From positions 1,205,144-1,269,143 of the forward strand of contig CP030759.1 of the NCBI GenBank assembly GCA_003290465.1: a stretch of DNA of 64,000 bases. The letters are read 5' to 3'. The position numbers and the translations under genes were made by a program. The notes under the pieces are model-generated. The model had not been told where the DNA came from and ran no database searches. It saw nothing but the letters and a program-made list of their open reading frames with translations. Source of the stretch: Candidatus Sumerlaea chitinivorans (lineage in GTDB: Bacteria > Sumerlaeota > Sumerlaeia > Sumerlaeales > Sumerlaeaceae). Shown here piece by piece: positions 9,554-18,131 of the stretch (position 1 is the first letter of the stretch; every line of letters begins with the position of its first letter).

Positions 9554-10369
9554 ATGGTGAGTACAATATCCACAAGGCGAAGAACCCATTCCAAAGCGCA
9601 GAAGCGTTTACGGGGTAAGACCTTGTCACGCGTAGCCGAACCCCTCGATCTGCACGATGAGGTGGTGGAGAGCGAGCCAGAGCAGCGTGCTTTGCTTCCA
9701 CGGGAGGAACCAGAAACAGTGCTGGAGAACGACTTCGAAAACCAAGAGAATCTCCTTATTGAAGAGCCTACCCCGAGCGAGGAAGAACAGCGCTTCCTCA
9801 CGGCGGAAGAAGAAAGGGAGATTATACGCCGAGTCCAGCAAGGCGACCGTGCGGCTTTCGAACAGCTGGTCGCTGCCTATGAACAGAAAGCCTATTACAC
9901 GGCACTGCAGTTTGTGAACAATCCAGAGGATGCGAAGGATTTGTCCCAAGACTGCTTCGTCAAGGCGTACAAAGCAATCAAGACGTTCGATATTAACTCT
10001 CCATTCTTCCCGTGGTTTTACAAAATCATCAAGAATCACTGCCTGAACTTCCTAAAGAAAAACCAACGGGTGCGTAGCGACTATATGTCGCAAATGGAGG
10101 AGGACAACCATCAGCAATTTGAAGACTCGCGCCAGCCAACGCCGAGTGACTGGTTCGTCAACGATGACGTTCGACACAAGCTGTGGCAGGCCATCGAGCG
10201 GCTCAAACCCGATTTCCGCGAAATCATCGTGATGAAGCACTTCCACAACCTCTCCTATAAGGAGATTGCGGAAGCACTCCAGATTCCAATCGGAACGGTG
10301 ATGAGTCGTCTGTTCAATGCGCGTCAGGAACTGCGGGAGAAATACGAAGAAGTTTTGAAAGGCAAATAG
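9554..10369 (+). CDS. RNA polymerase sigma factor, ECF (sigma-70 family) with acidic N-terminal extension
   Basis: Region 2 (FEQLVAAYEQKAYYTALQFVNNPEDAKDLSQDCFVKAYKAI...PFFPWFYKIIKNHCLNFLKK) and region 4 HTH (IIVMKHFHNLSYKEIAEALQIPIGTVMSRLFNARQELR). About 90 aa of acidic low-complexity sequence precede region 2. Track start is GTG at 9545; first ATG at 9554. Confidence 0.8.
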   Translation: MVSTISTRRRTHSKAQKRLRGKTLSRVAEPLDLHDEVVESEPEQRALLPREEPETVLENDFENQENLLIEEPTPSEEEQRFLTAEEEREIIRRVQQGDRAAFEQLVAAYEQKAYYTALQFVNNPEDAKDLSQDCFVKAYKAIKTFDINSPFFPWFYKIIKNHCLNFLKKNQRVRSDYMSQMEEDNHQQFEDSRQPTPSDWFVNDDVRHKLWQAIERLKPDFREIIVMKHFHNLSYKEIAEALQIPIGTVMSRLFNARQELREKYEEVLKGK

Positions 10370-10398
10370 GCGCCCATTTCAAGCAAGCGAAAGACTTA

Positions 10399-10438
10399 GC
10401 CCCGTCGCCGGGAAAAGCGACGGGGCTCTTTCTTATTT
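10399..10438 (+). terminator. Rho-independent terminator after the sigma factor gene
   Basis: gccccgtcgc-cgggaaaa-gcgacggggc stem-loop followed by tctttcttattt, about 30 bp downstream of the stop at 10369. Confidence 0.75.
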
Positions 10439-10815
10439 GCAGAGCAAAAACAAATGCCGCCCCCCTCCCACCGCACCTGAGTTCACTGCAATAGATCTCA
10501 GTAGTCGGAGGTTTGGAAAAAGATCGCCCACGAAGATCTCATGGCGGAGGCAGCACGGAAATCCCTGACTGGGGTTGCGGCTCCACCGAAAAAGATTGGT
10601 AGAACAAAGTTCCTCCGTTACACTCGAGAATGGAGCCTTGATTTCGACAGACTGCGCAAATCTCCTTAACTCCATTGGTAAGGCTTACAGATCAACCTGC
10701 GCAATCACCCCTTATAACCGTTGAACAGCCTCTCGTCTCGTGGGACTCCCCTTCGGACGAAGGAGACACCAGCTTTACTCTATAGCAGACGCGCAGTTGT
10801 TCGCCCACGCGTTCA

Positions 10816-11955
10816 TCACGGCAGAGCATCGAGCAGTTGGTCGAGTTCCGACTCATCATTGTAAAAATGCGGGGAGACCCGCAAGAAGCCCCGCCGAGCA
10901 GCAATGAGAATCTTGCGCTCCTGAAGTTGCTGAACGATTTCGGAAGGGGAGATCCCTTCCTTGATGAAACTCACAATTCCCGCGCGGCTGGCCACGTCTG
11001 TCGGTGTGATGATTGAGTATCCCTTTCTTCGAACCCCTTCGATTACATACTCCGTGAGCTCCTGAACTCTGGCACCGATTCGCTCGAGTCCCACGTCAAG
11101 AAGAAGGCGGAGAGAACTTCCTAAAGCATGAATGGTCATCAAGTTATGGGACCCTTCCTCAAAACGCCGCGCATCTGGCTTATACGGCTGATCGTAGTTG
11201 TCGTAATCCTGCGGATTGGCAAGACCACACCAACCACACATGTTCAGATTCAGCTCCGGGATCCGCGAGCGCCGCACGTAAAGAATACCACACCCCTCAG
11301 GCGCCAAGAGCCACTTGTGGCCATCTGCTGAGAGAAAATCGACAGGAATTTCCTGAACGTCCAAAGGTAGAACGCCCAAGCCTTGGATAGCGTCCAAGAA
11401 GAACATCACGCCGCGCTCGGTACAAATCTGGGCCAAAGCTGCGATGTCGTTGCGCACCCCCGTGCCATATTCCACCCATGAGACCGCGAGGAGACGGGTT
11501 CGCTCATCTATTGCAGCAATAACGTCATCCAATCGAAAACGGTAATCCGGCTGTTCAGCAACCAGTCGCAACTCAACGCCCCGCTCAGCCAGATTTCGCC
11601 AAGGGTGAACATTTGCGGGGAACTCATGGGCAAACCCAACAATGTTGTCACCGGGGCGCCAGTTAATCGAGTTCGCAATAATTAGGATCCCGTGCGTGGT
11701 GTTGTGGGTGAAACAAATATCGCGAGGTTCAGCATTGATAAGGCGAGCTGCAGCCTCCCGCGCCTGTGCCATTCCATGCAGCCATGCGGCATAGTTCGCC
11801 GGACCTTCCTCAGCAGCATCTCTGGCGAATTCTGTGATCGCCATCTGCGTGGAAACAGGGATAGGCGCCACACCTGCATGGTTGAGAAAAACGTACTGCT
11901 CCTTGATTGGAAACTCGCTTCTCAGATCGAACGGAAACTCAGTATTCTTGCTCAT
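10816..11955 (-). CDS. Class V aminotransferase / cysteine desulfurase-family PLP enzyme
   Basis: 379 aa; FLNHAGVAP N-terminus, SADGHKWLLAPEGCGILYV (PLP-lysine motif), overall length and pattern of aminotransferase class V. Confidence 0.75.
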   Translation of the reverse strand: MSKNTEFPFDLRSEFPIKEQYVFLNHAGVAPIPVSTQMAITEFARDAAEEGPANYAAWLHGMAQAREAAARLINAEPRDICFTHNTTHGILIIANSINWRPGDNIVGFAHEFPANVHPWRNLAERGVELRLVAEQPDYRFRLDDVIAAIDERTRLLAVSWVEYGTGVRNDIAALAQICTERGVMFFLDAIQGLGVLPLDVQEIPVDFLSADGHKWLLAPEGCGILYVRRSRIPELNLNMCGWCGLANPQDYDNYDQPYKPDARRFEEGSHNLMTIHALGSSLRLLLDVGLERIGARVQELTEYVIEGVRRKGYSIITPTDVASRAGIVSFIKEGISPSEIVQQLQERKILIAARRGFLRVSPHFYNDESELDQLLDALP

Positions 11956-12128
11956 ACAATCGTAAGAATCTAAGAGCTTGCGTGAATTGCAAGCGGGGAA
12001 CGCGCTCCCATAGAGCCCTTCGCCTCAGAAACACTTCGCAGAAGTTGCATTTTGATGATTGACATCGACCGATGGAGCCACTTGGAGAAATTTTAGTTTC
12101 AAAACAATGGGCTTAGACAAAATCTGCG

Positions 12129-13178
12129 ATGAAAGAATTCCCTGACGAGCTGTCGACCGAACACGAATTAGAAGAGCTGCTGAGTGAGCCAACCCCCGAG
12201 ACAGTTGAAATGTTTCGTCGCCTTTCAGGCGATCTGATGATTCTTGGTGCCTCAGGGAAAATGGGTCCTTCGCTTGCACGTATGGCGGCGAAAGCTGCCC
12301 GCCGTGCAGGTAATCCCATGCGAGTCATTGCAGTGGCCCGTTTCTCTGATCCTCAGGCCCGGACGCTCCTCGAGAACGATGGTATAGAAACCATCGCTGT
12401 TGATCTACTGGATTATGAACAGGTCCTTCGCTTGCCGCGCGCGAAGTATGTCCTGTATTTAGTTGGGCGCAAATTTGGTAGGGCGGGCACGGAGACGTTG
12501 ACGTGGGCAACGAATGCAGTTGTCCCTGCCTACTTGCTCGAAGCCTGCCGCGGCTCTTATGTCGTTGCGTTTTCGACCGGGTGTGTTTACCCCTTAGTAC
12601 CCGTGCAGAGCCAAGGCTGTTCCGAGCAGGATCCGGCCGGCCCGGTTGGCGAATATGCGTGGTCGTGTTTAGCTCGGGAGCGTGTGTTCGAGTTTCTAAG
12701 TACGCGTTACGACACGCCTGTTCTCCTCTATCGCCTCAACTATGCCAATGCCGTACGTTATGGCGTGCTCACGGATCTGGCCACCACGATAGCGCGTGGC
12801 GAGCCGGTGGACCTGTCCGTAGTAGCTGTCAATCTGATCTGGCAGGGCGACGCGAACAATTTTGCCCTGCGGTGCCTCGAGTTCGCAAAAGTTCCACCCG
12901 AGGTATTGAACATCACCGGACCTGAGAAATGGTGGATTCGCGACCTCGCTATGGAAATCGGGCGTCTGATGAATAAGCCAGTGACTTTTTGCGGCTCCCC
13001 CACTGGTGTCGCGTATCTCAGTGATGCTTCGCGTGCCTGTGAACTGTTTGGTGCGCCTCGCGTCCCGATCCAAGTGGTTACTCGGTGGACCGCTCGTTGG
13101 GTAGCATCCGGCAAACCCATCTTAGGAAAACCAACCCACTTCCAAGTTACCGATGGTCAATTTCTCGATCCTGCATAA
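12129..13178 (+). CDS. NAD-dependent epimerase/dehydratase-family protein (Rossmann fold)
   Basis: 349 aa; glycine-rich dinucleotide-binding motif ILGASGKMG near N-terminus; extended-SDR-like length. Substrate not assignable. Confidence 0.6.
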   Translation: MKEFPDELSTEHELEELLSEPTPETVEMFRRLSGDLMILGASGKMGPSLARMAAKAARRAGNPMRVIAVARFSDPQARTLLENDGIETIAVDLLDYEQVLRLPRAKYVLYLVGRKFGRAGTETLTWATNAVVPAYLLEACRGSYVVAFSTGCVYPLVPVQSQGCSEQDPAGPVGEYAWSCLARERVFEFLSTRYDTPVLLYRLNYANAVRYGVLTDLATTIARGEPVDLSVVAVNLIWQGDANNFALRCLEFAKVPPEVLNITGPEKWWIRDLAMEIGRLMNKPVTFCGSPTGVAYLSDASRACELFGAPRVPIQVVTRWTARWVASGKPILGKPTHFQVTDGQFLDPA

Positions 13179-13202
13179 ATTGTGAGGAGGAAATCTGCCC
13201 TT

Positions 13203-14276
13203 ATGTCGCTTCCCATGCCTGATTCGGAAGTTCTTGCCACGCTGCGCCGGGGGGTCGTGATTCCGGCAAGTCCGCTCGCTCTGGACGCGGAGAAAAGGCT
13301 CGATACGCGTCGTCAAACGGCCCTCATGCGCTATTACTGCGCAGCAGGCGCTGGCGGGGTTGCTGTAGCAGTGCACACCACGCAGTTTGAGATTCGAGAC
13401 GCCGCAACTCGCATGTTCGAACAGGTGCTGGAAACCTGCTCGCGTGCGATCGATGAAGCCGGACGTGCCCAGCGCCGACGAATTGTAAAAATCGCAGGCG
13501 TGTGTGGGCGTACAACGCAAGCATTAGACGAAGCCCGCAAAGCTGCAGATTTCGGCTACGACGCCGCACTACTCAGTCTTGCTGCTCTTCAGAATTCATC
13601 CGAGGAAGAGCTAATTCGGCATTGCCAAGCAGTGAGTCAGATCATTCCGCTCGTCGGTTTCTATCTTCAACCCGCCGTAGGGGGCAGAATCTTGCCCTTC
13701 TCATTCTGGCGTCGGTTCGTAGAAATAGAAAACGTCGTCGCTATCAAGATTGCCCCATTCAATCGCTATCAGACGCTTGACGTCGTGCGAGCAGTTGCAC
13801 TGGCCGGTCGGGATGAGGAAATTGCCCTCTACACGGGCAACGACGATAACATCATTGCGGATTTACTCACCCCATTTACGCTGCAAACCCAAGCGGGACC
13901 CGTGCGCCTACGCATTCGCGGTGGACTCTTGGGACAGTGGAGTGTTTGGACGCGCACCGCGGTCCGGCTTCTCCATGAAATTCACGAGGCGTTGGCAACG
14001 TCAGACCACATCCCAATCAGCTTACTTGAAAAGAATGCCCAGCTAACCGATGCAAACGCGGCCATCTTTGACGCTGCCCACGGTTTTGCCGGGTGCATCG
14101 CAGGCATCCACGAAGTCCTGCGACGGCAAGGGCTGCTCGAATTCACACATGCGTTGGATGAGAAGGTTCAACTCTCGCCGGGGCAAGCGGAAGAAATCAC
14201 TCGGGTGACGCGCGACTACCCGTGGCTCCCAGATGATGACTTCGTGAGTGCACACCTTGCCGAATGGCTCGACTGA
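13203..14276 (+). CDS. Dihydrodipicolinate synthase-family (class I aldolase, TIM-barrel) protein
   Basis: ORF 13182..14276; start re-assigned to ATG at 13203, preceded by AGGAGG. DapA-family pattern with candidate Schiff-base lysine in VVAIKIAPFN. 4-bp spacing from upstream epimerase gene suggests an operon. Confidence 0.6.
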   Translation: MSLPMPDSEVLATLRRGVVIPASPLALDAEKRLDTRRQTALMRYYCAAGAGGVAVAVHTTQFEIRDAATRMFEQVLETCSRAIDEAGRAQRRRIVKIAGVCGRTTQALDEARKAADFGYDAALLSLAALQNSSEEELIRHCQAVSQIIPLVGFYLQPAVGGRILPFSFWRRFVEIENVVAIKIAPFNRYQTLDVVRAVALAGRDEEIALYTGNDDNIIADLLTPFTLQTQAGPVRLRIRGGLLGQWSVWTRTAVRLLHEIHEALATSDHIPISLLEKNAQLTDANAAIFDAAHGFAGCIAGIHEVLRRQGLLEFTHALDEKVQLSPGQAEEITRVTRDYPWLPDDDFVSAHLAEWLD

Positions 14277-14391
14277 GCTCAGACGCACGTTCTGAAGCGA
14301 AAATAGCCCCGGTCGGCGTCAGTCTCAAGCTGCCCCCACTAAAGCAGCAGGGATACGCAACTGGTGCATATAGCACGTTCGCCAATGAAGT

Positions 14392-14772
14392 TTATGGAGA
14401 GGGCACAGGAATGATGCGTTTGACTGAGACACGCGGGCGACCCGCGGGGACGTGTGCGGTCACGACCAACGATTGCGTGGTAGCCTCTGCTCCGTCATTA
14501 AGGAGTGAGACCTCCACCACACCGGATTCAAACTCAAATCGGCTGGTCTGTGTCGTCGCGCGATCGCTCGCGTGGGCTTGTACTGCGCACACTGCACCTC
14601 TTGCCAGCCACTCCGCCTGTGCGCGCTCGACGGCGGCCGCAACGCGCTTAACGCTACGTACGTGAGACTCGGCAAGTCCGAACATAAGTATCGTCAGCAC
14701 GGCAAGAGCCCCCACAAGGTAGAGCATCGTCGTGCCGCGCTGCGTTTTCAATTTGACCTCGCTCGACCTCAT
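14392..14772 (-). CDS. Minor pseudopilin-like protein (GspK/J-like?)
   Basis: 126 aa; leader MRSSEVKLKTQRG followed by hydrophobic helix TTMLYLVGALAVLTILMFGLA; Tyr instead of Glu at +5; last gene of the pilin-like trio. Confidence 0.45.
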   Translation of the reverse strand: MRSSEVKLKTQRGTTMLYLVGALAVLTILMFGLAESHVRSVKRVAAAVERAQAEWLARGAVCAVQAHASDRATTQTSRFEFESGVVEVSLLNDGAEATTQSLVVTAHVPAGRPRVSVKRIIPVPSP

Positions 14773-15338
14773 CAGCGCTTCTCCTCCTTTCCTGCCCCAG
14801 TCAACGTCGCGGCCAAGGGGTCAGGCACTGCGTAAACTGTCAGCTGCTGGGTACTATGAAAAGCGTCGAACCCATCGCGAGTGGCTATTTCTAATACGAA
14901 TGCGCCCTCGCGCGTTTGAGACACCGAGACCGTTGTGAGATCCGATGCTAACCGCTGCTTGGCGATCGGGCGTCTGTCCGCTCCGTAACGCGTGCGTATT
15001 ACGCCGAACGTCCCCTCAGGGTTTTGCGTGATCTGGTACTCACATCTTGGAGCAACGGGATCCGCCTGCTCGAGCACCAACAGACGTTTTTCAGTAGCGG
15101 ACGTTTCCTGAAGGTGCCCTCGAATGGTCTTGTGGATGTCCGTACGCCATGCCTGCTCTAAGGTCACAAGTTCTTCCAAACGGAGTTGCTGGGCAGTCAC
15201 CCCCCGCTCGAGGCGGATCGTCATGATAAACACGGAGAAGACGCTGCCCATGAGAATTGCCATGGCAGCGATGACAATGAGCATCTCTATAAGCGTCACG
15301 GCCCGGTCAAATCGTTGCTTCAGCCAGTTCTTATTCAT
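14772..15338 (-). CDS. Prepilin-type N-terminal cleavage/methylation-domain protein (pseudopilin)
   Basis: 188 aa; basic leader MNKNWLKQRFDRA followed by VTLIEMLIVIAAMAILMG (class III signal with Glu at +5), but Ala rather than Gly at -1. Confidence 0.65.
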   Translation of the reverse strand: MNKNWLKQRFDRAVTLIEMLIVIAAMAILMGSVFSVFIMTIRLERGVTAQQLRLEELVTLEQAWRTDIHKTIRGHLQETSATEKRLLVLEQADPVAPRCEYQITQNPEGTFGVIRTRYGADRRPIAKQRLASDLTTVSVSQTREGAFVLEIATRDGFDAFHSTQQLTVYAVPDPLAATLTGAGKEEKR

Positions 15339-15799
15339 GGCTGCCTCCCTTGGTGTAGGCGTGTTGTCATGGTTACGCGCAAAGGACGATGCGGGAACGC
15401 CCCAAACATGCAGGATGCAGTTGCCGAAAGCTCCAGCATTCCGTGCTCGCGTCGTCGCACCCGCAACACGGTCTGTTCATTCGGGGCAAGGTCGGCTGCG
15501 GTCGGATTCGCAAAGGGATGTTCCCCTTCGGTGAGGGTTGCCAGACGCTCCGGCGACGCGACTTTCCACCATTCAAGTTCGTTCTGAGCCAACACACTGA
15601 GCCTTAGGCGTTCTTGGCTCACCCGAGTCCCCATCAGTGCCCGCTCACCGATTGTTAGGAATGCCAGAAATCCGGCGCTGACAATCGCAGCGACGACAAT
15701 CAGTTCAAGCAAGGTTATGGCGCGCGAGCGGTGCAGTGTCAGTTTGAGAAAGATTCGACGTCTGCGTTCCATATCGGCGGTCCTCCTTCTCACAGCCAC
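15335..15799 (-). CDS. Prepilin-type N-terminal cleavage/methylation-domain protein (pseudopilin)
   Basis: 154 aa; leader ...LHRSRA followed by ITLLELIVVAAIVSAGFLAFL (Glu at +5, Ala at -1). Track start is GTG; an in-frame ATG (MERRRR...) lies at 15772. Confidence 0.65.
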   Translation of the reverse strand: MAVRRRTADMERRRRIFLKLTLHRSRAITLLELIVVAAIVSAGFLAFLTIGERALMGTRVSQERLRLSVLAQNELEWWKVASPERLATLTEGEHPFANPTAADLAPNEQTVLRVRRREHGMLELSATASCMFGAFPHRPLRVTMTTRLHQGRQP

Positions 15800-16824
15800 T
15801 TATGCAACGTTTGGAAATGAGCAAAAATGCTTGCGACGTACGAGCCGACCAAGAGCCCGAGAACGCAAATAAGTGCGGGCTCGAGAAGGCGGTAAGCCAC
15901 CTCGAGATTGCCAAAGTCTTCCAGACTGCGTGCCGCAAGCCTACGGAAATACTGCTCCACATTCTCGCGCTCCTCAGCGCGCTCCAAGAGCCAGACTTCG
16001 GATCTGGGGAACCACGAGACCTTTGCGAGTCCTCGAGAAAGTGGCGTTCCGTGCTCGATCGCTTCGCGCAGTTCCTTCACGGTCTCGCCGACCAATGGCA
16101 AATCTGGCGTCTCGAGGATCGTGGCGAGCGCCTCGCGCAGGGGCACGCCCTCACTCAGCATAACATCCAGCATCGCCGAAAGGTGGTAGAGTCGCGCATG
16201 ACGCAATGTACGACCATAGACGGGAAGGCGGAGCAAAAGGCGATCTGCGGTAGCTGACCCTGGCCGAAAAACGCTAACAACGGTTAGCCCAACGCTGGTC
16301 AACCACACGAGCACGATGACCACCGTGAGGCAAAGCAAAGCGAGACGTACTGGCAAGAATCCGTGTAAATACGCCTCTCGCTGCCCTGTTGGGATGAATG
16401 CAAGAGCCACCTCCTGCAGCGGCCCGTACACGAACGCATAAAACACGACCGAGATAGCTGCAAGCAGCGTGAGAACTACCGCTGGGTAGACCAAGGCAGC
16501 CAAGAGAGCGTTCTGCAAACGACGCCGCATTTGAAGATACTCAAGGTATTTACTTAGGGCCTGTGGGAGCCGCCCACTGACTTCGCCAGCTCGAGTGATC
16601 GCGAGAAGGACAGGAGGTAATCGGTCGGCAACTCGTGCCAGCGCTTCGCTCAACGACTGACCAGCTTGGAGACCATTACTTACCACGTCCAGCCTCTTAC
16701 CAAGCGGACTCTGGCCAAGGCGCTCTTTCGCGCATCTCAGTGCGTCCGTCAGATCGACTCCCACTGCCCCAGCTCCAGCCAGTTCACTGACGAGTAGCTC
16801 AATTTCCTTCCAGCGGTAAGACAT
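15790..16824 (-). CDS. Type II secretion / type IV pilus platform protein, GspF/PilC family (paralog D)
   Basis: 344 aa; two T2SSF-like repeats (LQAGQSLSEALARVADRLPPVLLAITRAGEVSGRLPQAL and LSEGVPLREALATILETPDLPLVGETVKELREAIEHG) separated by TM helices; ATG preceded by GAGGAG. Confidence 0.75.
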   Translation of the reverse strand: MSYRWKEIELLVSELAGAGAVGVDLTDALRCAKERLGQSPLGKRLDVVSNGLQAGQSLSEALARVADRLPPVLLAITRAGEVSGRLPQALSKYLEYLQMRRRLQNALLAALVYPAVVLTLLAAISVVFYAFVYGPLQEVALAFIPTGQREAYLHGFLPVRLALLCLTVVIVLVWLTSVGLTVVSVFRPGSATADRLLLRLPVYGRTLRHARLYHLSAMLDVMLSEGVPLREALATILETPDLPLVGETVKELREAIEHGTPLSRGLAKVSWFPRSEVWLLERAEERENVEQYFRRLAARSLEDFGNLEVAYRLLEPALICVLGLLVGSYVASIFAHFQTLHKWL

Positions 16825-16834
16825 GGTTCACTCC

Positions 16835-18088
16835 TCACGTGTAAGGGATGCAGGTCACAATTTTGAAAATGGCGAGGTAGACAGTGGTCGCGAGTCCAAC
16901 ACCGCTTAAGAGAACAATGCTGTGAGCAGAGATGCCGAGCGTGTGTGCGAGAGCATGCCGTTGCTTTACCCAAATCTCTAACTGGGCCCTTCCTGCGGTG
17001 AGCAGAACATTCGGCATGGAGTCTGAGCTCTGTGCACGAGCAAGCAGATTTGAGAACTCTCTGGAAAGTTGCGGAACAATTGCGAACACTTCCTTCAGCG
17101 GCATACCGGACGCGAGTCGCTTCTCCAACTTAGGCAAAAATGCCCGCAACACAGGATCGCGAGACGCCTGCACAGCAGCCCGCAGGGCCTGCTCTATCGA
17201 CACGCCATACTTTAGGAATGTACCGAGAGTGAGCGAGAAGCGTATGAGCGCCTCTTGCCATGAAAACTCACGCAGCGGGCCGGCAATCGCGCGCACCATG
17301 CGACACGCGAGCGCACTTCGCCGATAAACGAAGTGCAGGACACGAATCGCCACTGCCAAGACGAGAACACCTACCACTACGTAGGACCACACGGCAAGCA
17401 ACCCATAGGAGAACGGCCAAACCTTCGCCGGTGCCACATCGGACTGCAGGAATTCTTGTTCCAAAACGCTGAATCGCAAAAGGATCAGCCAAGAAACGGC
17501 GAGAAGAACGAGACCCTCGGAATATGCAAGTGCTAGGTGGCGATTTGCGCCAAACCTGGACGGACTCGAGAGAGCCGGCTCTGATAACATGCTGAGCGCG
17601 GCACTCAGTGAGTCGCCTTTTTCGGCAGTTGTGATGACTGCAAGATCTGAGCTCGGGAAGATTGCCGGTCGCTTGCTCAGCGCGTTGGACAGAGGCGCTC
17701 CTGTGCGGAGTTCAGCCGCTATCTCGGTGAAAACTTTCTTCATGGCCTGTGGCAGGTCGCTGTTGGCAAACCCCTCGGTGATGCGTGCGGGATCGCCCCC
17801 AAGCTCGATGCCATCGCGCAAGTAGCAATAATAGGCTCTTCGTAGCACCGCCACGCGATACCGCGCATAGCGCGACTGTGCGAACAGGTGAATGTACATC
17901 ACCCAAACAGTAAGCAGAAGCAGCGCTAAGCCAAAGCGCACCATCTGATCCGCAGTACTCCTTGGCACACCCTCAACCTCTGTCGCTGCAGCAAGCACTT
18001 CTCTCCAAATGAAAACCGAACCGAGCGCGAGGGGCACAAACAGTATTGCCAGAACGATCGAGGATTTCGCCTTCAACAACATGGCCAT
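16835..18088 (-). CDS. Type II secretion / type IV pilus platform protein, GspF/PilC family (paralog C)
   Basis: ORF 16835..18313; start re-assigned to ATG at 18088 (MAMLLKAKSSIVLAILFVPLALG). Two T2SSF-like repeats (...LAVITTAEKGDSLSAALSMLSE; ...RAAVQASRDPVLRAFLPKLEKRLASGMPLKEVF) plus TM helices. Confidence 0.7.
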   Translation of the reverse strand: MAMLLKAKSSIVLAILFVPLALGSVFIWREVLAAATEVEGVPRSTADQMVRFGLALLLLTVWVMYIHLFAQSRYARYRVAVLRRAYYCYLRDGIELGGDPARITEGFANSDLPQAMKKVFTEIAAELRTGAPLSNALSKRPAIFPSSDLAVITTAEKGDSLSAALSMLSEPALSSPSRFGANRHLALAYSEGLVLLAVSWLILLRFSVLEQEFLQSDVAPAKVWPFSYGLLAVWSYVVVGVLVLAVAIRVLHFVYRRSALACRMVRAIAGPLREFSWQEALIRFSLTLGTFLKYGVSIEQALRAAVQASRDPVLRAFLPKLEKRLASGMPLKEVFAIVPQLSREFSNLLARAQSSDSMPNVLLTAGRAQLEIWVKQRHALAHTLGISAHSIVLLSGVGLATTVYLAIFKIVTCIPYT

Positions 18089-18131
18089 CGCCTCGCGTGG
18101 AAAATTAGCTGGCCAGCCTGCGCCCCCATCC

